From: Lytechinus pictus | Lineage: Eukaryota | Assembly: GCF_037042905.1 (NCBI RefSeq) | Contig: NC_087263.1 | Coordinates: 14,572,001 to 14,636,000, forward strand | Direction of reading: 5' to 3' | DNA: 64,000 nt | Shown here: piece by piece, positions 13,601-26,000 of the stretch | Layout: each line of letters opens with the position of its first letter | Position numbering within the stretch: the stretch's first letter is position 1 | The notes under the pieces: model-generated | The model's input: the letters and a program-made list of their open reading frames with translations, nothing else | The model's database searches: none | What the model was told of the DNA's origin: nothing | Made by a program: the position numbers and the translations under genes

Positions 13601-16600
13601 ATTTGGTCCAGAAAAAAATGATCCAAGCCCATTCTCCTGAAGAAAAGAACACAACGGTCAAGTCGCTTGAGTGGTCCTTTTCAGGACCAATCACATGCCC
13701 AAAAGAGAATACAAAGTTCTACCAAAAAGGCTCTACACAAAATAATAATGTTGCTTAATAAGCATAATGCTGTGGAGGAGATAAATGTCCTGCCTACCAA
13801 AAGAGCTCAACAAATAGTCAGTGACTTTCACAGAGTATTTGTTCCAAGCTACTGAAATCCTTGCATCTGATTGGCTAAAAGCAAATAGGTCAGTGGACAT
13901 GAATGACAAGATTCTTCATGAAACACTCCCCATGAGAGTGAAAAATATGGCTGTCATAAAACTTCATCCAATGGGATAGTTTTCATTCTGCGTTAGCATA
14001 GCAGCAATACTATCAAGACAGATAAAAGGGAATCACATAGGACAATAATAATAATAGTAATAATAATGATAACTCTGAAAAATCCTTTAATGGCAACCTA
14101 AAATTGCATTTGTTCACCAGCAGGTACTAGGTTTGATGACAGACATTTTTTCTCATTTCTAATTTACCCTTTCTTGTACTTCTCTAAGTTCTTTTTACTT
14201 TTCTGTTTGCTCTCTTCTAAGTGCCTTGAGCACTTAATAAAAATGGAAAAGACGCTATATAAATCATATGTATGATTATTTATTATTAGTATTAATAATA
14301 ATGATACATAATATTCACAAAGGCGATTACTACGGGCATTTCTAAGCACACCGTATTATGTTTACATTTTATACTTGGAAAAAAAAGACAACATTTGACA
14401 ACTCATCTAGACATTATGAAATAAAAGAATCCCCACTGAATCCCCTACTGAAAGTTGATGAAAATAACAAATAAAACTGAATAAAAAATAATTATTACAA
14501 GAAGTCAAGAGGAAGAGTTTCCTTAAAAGAAAACCTTCCTAGTGAATTGTTGTATCATATAATCCGGCATTTTCCCTAACATTGTAATGAAGGGTAATTC
14601 TTGGGTTCCAAAATTTCATTTTTGACTTGGGTGTCAGTGGTAAAATTTTCATGTTCAATTTACATGGTATTTGTCTGATATCCATTATGTATTTTTCATA
14701 CTCGACAAATAAATGAACTGAATTGAATCAAATGGATTTACTTAGAGTGTATGAGGTAGAAGCCAGCTGTTCTCGGTTCCCGGAGAGTCGGACGGCTGTC
14801 AAAATAAACGTGTATGTTTGGCCCCGTCGCAATCTCATAAGATTGACCGATGGCGCAACCCCTGGATCAACAAACACAGACATGGAAGTAGCATCCACCT
14901 CATCCTCGATGTAGATCAGCTGGTATTTCAGAATGTCATCTCCAAACTCGTTAGCCCAGGACACCCTGAGATTTCTTCCGGTTTGCTCAAGATTGATGAT
15001 TCTAGGTTCTAAAGAAGTACAAAAGAAAATGAAAAATGACAAGATATCGTTGCTTGGATGGCAAAATGCAGAAGTGTTTAATATTGATAATACGGTCAGT
15101 TTATATAGTGCAGTTACTATATGCATATACTCTACTGCACTTGATACTTGGTATCATATTACTACTACCCCGGCTGTAGCCAAGCCATCGTACAGGCCCT
15201 AAAGCGTTCAAGGACTGATTAAATTTCTACAGGTTATCCATTCATCTCACCTGGGTAGGGCGCAGGGCTAAATTTCAATTAAACCAAATGGTTAGTTGGC
15301 AAAATGGTTGTAGACAAAAAGGATTAGACCATGTGGTATGAGACGAAACAGAAAGTGGATGGAGTGGGTGTAGACCAAGGGACAATTTGAAGGGGAATCC
15401 AACCCAAATAAAAACTTGTTTTTATAAGAAAAAGAAAAATCAGACAAGTTGATGAAAGGTGAAAGTTTGAACAATATTGGACAAACAACAAGAAAGTTAT
15501 GAATTTTTAAAAGTTGTAAATATTGGTAAGCACTATACTCATGGAGACTTCAAATTGGCTGCATATGGGATGTCATAGTGATGTAAGGCAAGGACTACTC
15601 TTCCATGTACTCCAATACATATTATGGCTAAAATGTCATTTTTCAAAAAAAAATTATTTCAAATTATTTTTTTTCATTCATGAGGACATTAAACAATATA
15701 CTACCTGGGTTATATTTAGATTACTGCCCCAGGGGAATCCCTGATAATAAAGAACATGGCCTATGGGAAAGTTGTCCATGCCACTTGTCATAATTTTACT
15801 TACCCAGTTGCCAATTTGAAATCTACATACTATTAGTGATCTAATTTTAAAGCAGCTATAACTTTCTTATTGCTTGTCCGATTTCTTTCAAACTTTCACC
15901 ATTCTGTGTAATTTATTTTTCTCCTTCCCAACACAACATTGTATGGCCAAGGCTGGATTCCCCTTTTACCAACAAGCCACCCTATGTCTGTTAATAATCA
16001 TGCCTGCTACTGTATGCTACCGTAAGTTACTTTTTTTGTATACAAATCACTCTATAACCTAGCCCCAAAATACTTGTCTGATTGTTTAGAAATTTGTGTC
16101 CCAGGAGGTAGAAGAACTAGATCCTCTGAAGACCCACTTACACTAACATATCCAACCAAAAGAAAACATACCGCAGATAGAACATTCACCGTTGCATCCT
16201 CAATGGAATGGAATGAACTCCCTAACACTCCCCAACAATTGAGTCATTTAAGAAGTCCCTTAAAACTTTTTTGTTCTAGGCAACTGCCTTCATTTAATAT
16301 GTCATTCTGATTTTTGTTTGTATAAATAAGTTAACTGAAATTGTGAGCGCTTTGGGCCATGTGGGAAAAGCATCTTATAAATATTGAGTATTATTGTTGT
16401 TATTATTATTACGATTTAAAAAAAATTCCCAATCAAATTGGCACAGATAACCTCATGGCATCACACTCTGGAGAAATAGTCTTAAAAATTTGATAGTAGG
16501 AGGGCAATTTTTTTCCCCGTCTCTGCAGAATTGTTGGTTTTTCACCTCATATCCTATTAATTTTGTACATGAAATATTGCTGGGCGTTACATGTATATTG

Positions 16601-19600
16601 ATTAGTTTCCTTGTCCCATATCTATGAAAGCCTAAGCTTTAACCCATTGCCTGAAGAATTCTGCAAATCACTAAGCTGCTTACAAGACCCACTCACATTT
16701 TTATTCACTTATTTATTTTCATTTCCAGCTAATCACCATTTCCAGATAATGAATCAATGAATATTCACTTGCATAACTGTAAACAAAAACAAAATATATT
16801 TCATGACAAATAATTCAATAGAAATTATATAACATGAATGGTAAATATCTAAAGATTCAAGATTATAAAAGTGAATAAAATAAAAAATTAAGGGGTTCTC
16901 AAACAACTAAGCTTGTAGTGGTAACCCCTCTTAACTTACGGGTAGTGAAATCAGTTTCTGCAGACGAGCTCCTCTGTTCTAGATTCTGTCTCCTCACGAC
17001 AGAAACAATTCTCACAGTGTACATGGTATCAGGTTCAAGGTTTTCAAAAGTTTGGGTGAGCTGCGTTGGAGGAACATCATCAATGTGGATCTCCGATTCA
17101 CCGTCTTGCCTCAGGTATATCTGAAACTCATCAAATTCACCTTCGCCAGCAGACCAGGACACTTGGACGATGGACTGAGAGACAGAGTCAACAGACAGAG
17201 TCCTTGGTGCAGTAGGCACTGTGAGAAAGAAAAACATAAAGGTAGTCAAAGCTCAATTACCTCAGGAAGATGTCATGCTTGTCCAGTTTGCCCTAACATG
17301 AAGACCAAGACACTTCTCCTTCTTCTTCCGGAGTAAGTGCCAATTCAAGATGATGAAGATAAACACACTGGTCATGTGTGTATGTGTGGAATTTTTCACA
17401 CACTATTACTTCATATTAAAAAAAATCTATGTTCTTGTTCTTGTAGTGTAAATAAAACATTCTCGGACTCCTAATTTAGAGATTGAGTCAAGGTAAAGAC
17501 TGGGTGCACAAGGCACTGAAAGATACACATGATCCAAGTTTATAATAGGGGAGTTTCTTTGGGTGATTGTTGGGACAGTGTTACCTCACATTTCGCCCGC
17601 GCTACATGTGTACTACAGATAGAGAAACAGTAAGGTAACCTTTTGCTTGCATGAAAAATTGAACATGCACTAATAGTTCTGTTCACCAGTAACTTTGCAA
17701 CAATGGCAACTACCATGGTAACAGGGCTCAGCAGCCAATCAGGATCAATGTTTCCGTGGTAGTTGCCATAATGGCAAAGTTACAACAGTTGCAAGTCCTT
17801 TATGAAACGGGCCCCAGGAGTCATCAGAAGGAACAAAGTAACCTATATCTCTCCTGAAAATTGAACATGCACTAATAGTTTTATACACTGGCGAGTCAAC
17901 CAGAGTCACTAGGATAGGTGATGGTATTCAACTGTAGAGGGAGAAGGTCAAAATACTAACTGAGGAGTAAATTTGCGGTGGAATAGTAAAGCAATATTGA
18001 CTGGCCTCGGGGCAATACGACATATATCGCCCAAACTAGATTTATATCGCCCGAGTCGTAGACGAGGGTGATATCAATTTAGTAAGGGCGATATATGTCC
18101 TTTTGCCCCCAGGCCAGTCAATATTGCTATTATTAACCATATCAGACATCTAGAGCAAAAATCGTTAAAATTTAGATATTTTAAATTTTTAGAATGAGAA
18201 TCTAGTTTCTCATGTTGAGCAGACTGGGCCTCTGAACTTTACCATTGTGACGTTATTGAAATGATGCGTCCCTGGCCTAGGGACGCAGTATCCAGCATTG
18301 TCTCAACTTGATTACCATTATGACATATAGCGCTGCGCGGTTCAAGGACGCGCGTACAAAAACGCGTAGAATACCCGGATGTTAGCGCTGCCTTTTATTG
18401 CCCGCTACATTTCCACGCATTTTCTCATTGACTTTCCTGAGCGGGCGATAAATTGGGCTCGTGGATAAACAATTGGAATTTTATTGACCGGCCATTTGAT
18501 CCCAGTCTTAAGCAGGCAACAATGTTTCAAAGTTGCCCTGCTCAGATGTCTGATACGGTTAATAATAGAAAATATCGACCAACCTGTCAGTGCACTTGCG
18601 GTATCCTGCTCTCCGCTTCCGGTCACCGTGACTGTGACAGTGTAGAATGTTCCGGGTGTGAGGTTGGGGATGACAATATTCTGCTGGAATAATCCCCTGG
18701 TGTAGCTGGACACGTCATCCCCACCAGAAACCTCAATGACGTAGCCGGTTGCTGCTGGATCAGAGGACACACCCCAAGAGAGACGGATACTTTCGGTTGT
18801 TACTTCTTCGATCACGATCTCAGCAGGTCTGTAGTCAACTGTAAGGGGAAGAATCATGAAAACGTCATCCCATCTATGCACCTATTTTATACAAGCAGAG
18901 CTGCCAATCTTTAGAAGTAAAAAGTAGAAATTTAGAGGCTCAAATGTCAATTTTGACATAAAATAATTTGAGATGTGCCGCATGGTACAAATTTCTTTGA
19001 AGAGGTACATGTAATATAAAGAACAGAATCCTTAAAAAGAAATGAATCCTCTTTCTTTTGAGGCTCAGATTCAGTAAAATCTCTGGCACTTTCTCTTTTG
19101 TGTAAATCCATGATAAATCCAAGAGCACAAAAAACACAAGATTGAATCCGTATTTAAGCATGTGACGATAACATTCAGAGCAATGTACACAAAGATACAT
19201 GTGAATAAAGATCATGAGAATAATGAGCATCAATGGCCGCCTTCAGATGAATTCGCCAAATGTATTGATAAATAGTATAACTTACGAATACCTTTATGAA
19301 ACGGTCCCCAGGTGGGTGTTTCATAAACCTATTTGTTTATTACAAGCGAATTTACAAATGACTGGTGATCCATTCTTAATCAACTTAAATGAAAATTTGC
19401 AGCATATCATTTACCACAAGAGACAGTCATCAGTTGTTGTAAAGTCGCTCGGAACTTACAAACAGCTTGATGGAACACCCATCAGGTTCCAGTTGTTCAT
19501 AAAATCATGCACAAAATTTAGCAATATTAGGAAGTTGCAAAGCTAAGGACTCTGATGTCCCAAGCTCATGAACAGGTGGGTGTTTCATAAAGCTGTTTGT

Positions 19601-22600
19601 AAGTTAAGAGCGACTTTAAGAATGACTGGTGATTCTTTCTTGTCGTAAATGGTATACACTTAAATGTTCATTGGTGATTACTTAGCGCGTAAGAAAGGAT
19701 CACCAGTCATTCGTAAAGTCTCTCTTCAGTTACAAACAGTTTTATGAAACAGCCCCCAGCATTGTACACTGCATATTCTTTGTAGATGTCAAGGATTACA
19801 GAAATCTTCAAATAGTTTGCCTTTGTTATGGTAATAAGAGGAATCAATTACCTGTGGCAGTTTCGACAACTGTGGAGCTGATTTCACGTTCAATACCTTC
19901 ACCGGAATATGATGTAACGGTTAAAGTGTAGCCTGTGAGAGGTCTTAATCCTGTAATTCGCACCTAAATGAACAAACCATACTGGTAGTTGAGAAATAAC
20001 TTCACATGAAGAAGAATTATGTTGCCCAATAGAATAGGGGAAAGTTAAGTTTTTGTGTGTAGGCAGTATAGGGAAGATAAAATGTGTGTGTGGTGTGTGT
20101 GGGTTGCTGTGGTTGTTGATTGGTTATAAATAGCGCTCTCATTCAAAAAGGATATATGCGTGGGACGGATTAGAGAAAAAAGTTAAGGGTGTGTGGGTGG
20201 GGTGGAGTAGGCAAAAAGTGAGTGTGGGTTTGAGAGTGGGATAGAGTAGGAAAAATAGAAGTGTAGGCCTTTTTTGTGGGTTAGAGTATGATAAAGTTGA
20301 AATGTGGGTGAGTGGGAGCACAGACTAGGGAAATAAAGAGTGTGGGTGGGTGGGATAGAGTAGGAAAAAGGTGGGTGCATGTGTGTGTGTGTGTTGGTGG
20401 GATCGAGTAGAGAAAGGCGAGTGTGGGTGTGTGGCTTACACTAGGAAAAAGAAAGTGTAGGTGGGTGAGTCAGAGAAGAAGGTGGGTTTGGGCAGGCTAC
20501 AGTCGGGAAAAGATTGTGTGTGTGTGTTTGGGTGGGATAGATTAGAGAAAGTGTGAGTGTGGGTGTTTGAATGGGATAGAAAACAGAACGTGTGTGGGTA
20601 TGTGGGTGGTTAGAGCAGGGAAAAAAGTGGGTGTGGGTGGGGTGGATAGAGTATGGAAAGTGTTTGTATTGGTAGGTGGCATAGGGTATGAAAAATGTGA
20701 GTGTGGGTGGGTTACAGTATGGTAAAGGTACGTGTGGGTGTGTGATATCATAGACCAGCCAATAGAAAATATTAGAGTGCCCGGTATATGAGCTAGAGTA
20801 AAAGAAAAGCGAATGTGGATGTATGGAGGGATGGAGTTGGGAAAAGGTGGGTGTGGGTGGCACAGATTGGGGAAAATGTGAGTGTGGGAGGTGCAATAAA
20901 GTGTGTAAAATGTGGATGTGGGCATGTCAGTGGTCTCAAGAACTGAACATGTGGATGTCTTAGACAAGGTAAAAGTTGAGTGCAGTGTGAGGGTGGATGA
21001 GCTACACTGGAGTAACGGAAAAGGCAAGAGTGGGGAAGAAATTGAGTGTGGGTGTGTGTTGGATTGAGTACAGAGGTGTGTGTGGGTGGGTGAATGGGAT
21101 AAGGTTTAGTGTTGGATGGACAGAGTATGGGAAATGTGAGTTTGGTGTGTTGGTACCCTTCATATATGTAGAAAGGCAAGTGTGTTTTCGTTGCATGGAA
21201 TATGGAATTTGCGAGTGTGGATCCATTGATGCTATCAAGTACGGGAAAAGTAAATGTGTGTGAGTACCATAGACTAGAGAATAGGCAAGTGTGGATGGCA
21301 TAGAGCAAGGAAATGTGTGGGCTGGATAGAACAGTTCTGATATATGGAATATACTTTATGTATGTGTCATTTCTACTTGGTAGTAAGAGGTTTTTTTTTT
21401 TCAAGTCACAAAACTCTTCTAGACCTCAAAGAAATAGAGTTTACAGTCAACTATCAGACAATACACTACCATTGGACTTGAAAGATCATCTATGTAAAAC
21501 AGTTCTAATGTCTGAGAAAGGAAGTCTTCCGGCTGAAATGTCCATGTCATGCTAAACTCATATCTAGAATAAGTTTGTCATCAGCAATTTCAGCTACACT
21601 CACACCAAGACTCGAGTGTTAAAATTAACCATAAAAAATATGGTTGGTAAATGATCGCCAATGTAAAACAGTTCTCATAACTGGCAGGGATCATTTTCCA
21701 GCTGCAATTTAAAAAAATTTTCACTCTAGCCAAAATTACACTCAGAACTGAAGTTTGACTCTCAACCATCAGACAATATTTTACCATCGGACTAGGTGAA
21801 TCCTCCACATAAAAGAGTTCTGATATCTGGTAGGGGTTGTCCTCGAGCTGGTAGAAGACATAATAACCGTCAACATCTCCAGGGACTGGATCCCAAGACA
21901 AAGTTAATGCTGCTGCCTCAGGCTCCACACTAACGTCACTTGGTGCATTGGGTACTGAAAATGAAGTAACAAAATCAAAATCAGAATTGCATTAAAAAGG
22001 GAATTTGACCCTGACAGTAGGTTGGTTTTAATAAAAGATGAAAAAAATGGGAGAAAAATATTGGAGACTATGAAAATCTGTCAAATTGCAAGAGAGTTAT
22101 GAATTGTTATGTTTTTCATATGCAACATCATATGCGGGCAGTTCCCCCATGTATCATAGAATATGATTTCCATAAATTCCAACTGATTATGGAATATGAT
22201 GAATAAAATATTCTTTTTAGAAATGAGGTTAAGAAATGGTGTGTCTGTAGATATATTCAACTGAAAAATAAAATAACTTTCAATTTTTGCACATGGACAT
22301 CAAACCATAGTTTGCTCAAAACATGATTTTACTCTTGCATATTATTCTTTACAGTGGTGCTAAACAGTGAGTGAAAGCAGAAAATGAATAATATATAAAG
22401 TTTTCAAGTTCTGTAAGTTCTGCCATGTTTTAAATAATTGTGAAGTCAGGTGATAAAATTTTACATGAAATAAAATTTTTTTTTCTGGGTTCGCTGAACA
22501 TTGTAATGTTGTTGTCTAAATTCAACTCTCAGCATGACAGAGTGGATTTTGTGAAATTCAGCCATTTGGCTGCAAGTCAGAGATTTTCAATCCATCAATC

Positions 22601-22813
22601 AAACAATCAATCAATCAATCAACCAGTCATCAAATCAATCAATCGATCCATTAATCCATCCATCCATCCATCCATCAATCCATCCATCCATCTATCTATC
22701 TAACCATCAATCCATCCATCAATCAATCAATCAACCAACAAACCAACCACCCAATCAATCAATCCATCAATCAATCCATCAATCAATCCATCCATCAATC
22801 AAGCCACCCATCC

Positions 22814-22892
<79 letters not shown>

Positions 22893-22961
22893 CATCCATC
22901 CATCCATCCATCCATCCATCCATCCATCCATCCATCCATCCATCCATCCATCCATCCAACC

Positions 22962-23012
<51 letters not shown>

Positions 23013-26000
23013 CATCCATCCATCCATCTATCCATTCATCAATCCATCCATCCATCAATCAATCAATCAACCAACAAACCAACCACCCAATCAATCAATC
23101 CATCGATCTATCAATCAAATAACCAACCATCCAACAAATCAATCAATCAATCAATCAATCAAACTGTCTCTTACATGTTCTCTGTTGTATCGAGTCACTC
23201 TGATCCACTCTTGATGCAGAAACAGAGATCTGATAATTCCTTCCGGGGACTAAGTTGGAAACCGTTCTCTCATTGATACCATTCAGTACAGTTAGTGGGG
23301 AACCCACTCCTCCTGCTGTAGGGTCGAACACCTGTGAAAAAAAAAATATATAAAATGAGTTTATAATACCGTCGTGGTGTAGCGGTTCTGACTCTTGCCT
23401 TGTAATCAGAGGGTTGTGTTTTTCGAATCCCACCATGGTCTAGCATCCTTTGGCAAGGTGTCAATCCACAATTTGCCACTCTCCACCCAGGTGTTAAATG
23501 GGTACCTGGTAGAATGCAAAAGCCTTATGTAGTATGCCTAGCAATTGAGTCTTGGAACTCTTGTTGGAATGCTCCCCAGGATACGATAATATATCGGAGA
23601 CGTCATTCCGATGCATTAAGTGCCATATAAAAGCGGAATATTATTATTATTAACAGTTTCGTATCAGCTCTGTAAATTTTAACTCTGTATAGCCAGGGGT
23701 ACTTCGAAATTGCATAGTCTAGCGTGAGGGGGGGGGGGAGGTGGGGCTTATTCGCAAGATCTTAATGGTTGTTTGCGCGTTGATACAAAACTAAGCAAGC
23801 ACATCTGCGATTAAATCTCAAAGATTGGATGATTAACATTACCAAAATTCTTTTATTAATTGCTTATGTGTTTGATTCATGCATAACAATCCAAACCCAG
23901 CAATTAATCTCTTGATAAAGCTCCAAAACTACTAAATTTGGGTCTGGACACAGTCTAATGTACATATAAAAATGGTGGTATCAAAATAGTGTTCACGTGT
24001 ATTTTTTAACCCTTCGCACCAATGCACACTAGGTGTCGCGTGAACTTCGCATTTCACGCTCAAGCAAACCATTGTTTCTGTCCCTGAAAATAGTTCAGTA
24101 TAGAGGAGTACATGGCCCAGTACACAAAGAGTACAGTCTTAAAAAACTTACATTGGCTACCTATCCAATCCCGCATACACTACAAAGTACTTCTATTCGC
24201 CTACCAATGTTTCAATCAGTTTGCTCCATTGTATCTCATTGAATTGTTAACACCATATAAACCTGACAGAATGCTACGTTCAAGAAAAAAGTCATCAGTA
24301 CAGGTCCCACATACTGTGACAAAGTCATATGGGGAAAGATCATTTTCACATGCAGCTGCTATTTTATTGAATAATCTGCCAGAATATCTTTGAAATATAC
24401 AACCATACGAAAAGTTTAGAAATAGCTTGAAAACACATTTATTCACCATTTTGTAAACAATTAATCTAAGAACCCAGTGCTCTCCCCTCCATCTCCACTC
24501 CTTCTGTAAAAAGCGCTTAGAGATATGCAACTTTGCTTATGTATTTTGCGCTATACGAAAACGTTTCATTATTATTAAATGATCAAAGAATTATTAGTAA
24601 TTACCATCGTTTCGTAGCCATCTGCTCCCACTGCAAGCTGCCACTCAAATGTAATAGATGTCTGGTTTACAAACTTGACCACAATGTTCAGATCAGATGA
24701 AAATACTAGAAAGAGAGAGAGAAAAAAAAGAAAAAAACGATATATAAAAACAATTATCGCAATCATAATACTACATAATGCTATAGTGTGTAAAACATCA
24801 TGGTCTCTTTGCACTAGGCCAACAGATACGGCATACTGCCAAATCCCTAATTGGCACAATACCCTAACTTTCTTATGTTGCAATACAAGTGGGGTATTAT
24901 AGCCCATCAAGAAAGTGATTGTTTGTTCTGCTATAAAATTAATTATTTACTTTGCTGTAATGATCTTAATACACCTCTCTATTGAAAAATCCAAATGAGA
25001 CACTTCAAATCTTATCAGGATCGGTAATGTGAACTATACTCCAATGTCCTCGTACATTACAATCTTACATTTTTAGCATAGTAGCCATTGATGCATCTAC
25101 ATGTATTACTCATTAAAATTAAAATATTTCAGTAATTGGCTATAGGAAAGGCACTGACAGATAATATCCTGAAATTTTCAGCCCATTCCATGCACGAGGT
25201 GTTTTATATATACACAAGACAAAAATTCACATTTATTTTGATCAACCAACTACTCAAATAATTTTCTTTTTTGTAAAATCAGTAAATTTATCCAATAAAA
25301 CACATTTTTAGTTAGTTGATATCCTTCATATCACAACCCCCTTGAGGCACATGGCTAAATGTAATCCAGAAATGAAATGGAAAAGTGACATGCACTTTTG
25401 GGGGATTTAAAAAATTTTAAGGAGGGCTTTAGGTTATATTTCACTTACATGTGCGGTCAATACTTGTAACGTTAGTACTGGTGTAGGTCACACCATCGTA
25501 CTCCACGTACGTGGCTATTACCATCCTGTAATCATTGCGCGGAGTCAAGCCCTTGAGGGTAATAGAATCCTGATAACTTGGTAAGAGACTGGTAGCAGGG
25601 GTGCGGCCGAGCTCTAATGAAAGACCGTCTCCTCTGTAGTTCAAGATGTAGCCGTAGAACTGTCCTTCGCTGGGTGGAGACCAGGACAAGGTGATGCTGG
25701 AGGTCGTCACATCTGTAATCTCTACATCGACCGGCTCCTGTGGGACTACAACAATACAATATCATAGAGGTAAATTCGATAACACATCAACATGTCCAAA
25801 GGTTTTGCCAAAGAACTGTCCCTGGCTGGGTGGAGACAAGCTAAGGGTCGTGGTAGAGGTCTTCACATCTTTAATGTCTACATTGACTGACTCCTGTGGG
25901 ACTACAACAATACAATATCATAGAGGTAAATTCAATAATGCATCAACATGGTCAATGATATCTGAAATACAGTCGACACCACATTTGTTCCTGTGACAAT

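Noticed and set aside
20139..21404. His/Pro/Thr-rich ORFs up to 203 aa
   Set aside because: Low-complexity GT-rich DNA, open in several frames, with no domain signal or fitting splice phases.
23370..23445. tRNA gene
   Set aside because: The A and B boxes continue into a SINE core and tail, and I could not form a convincing cloverleaf.
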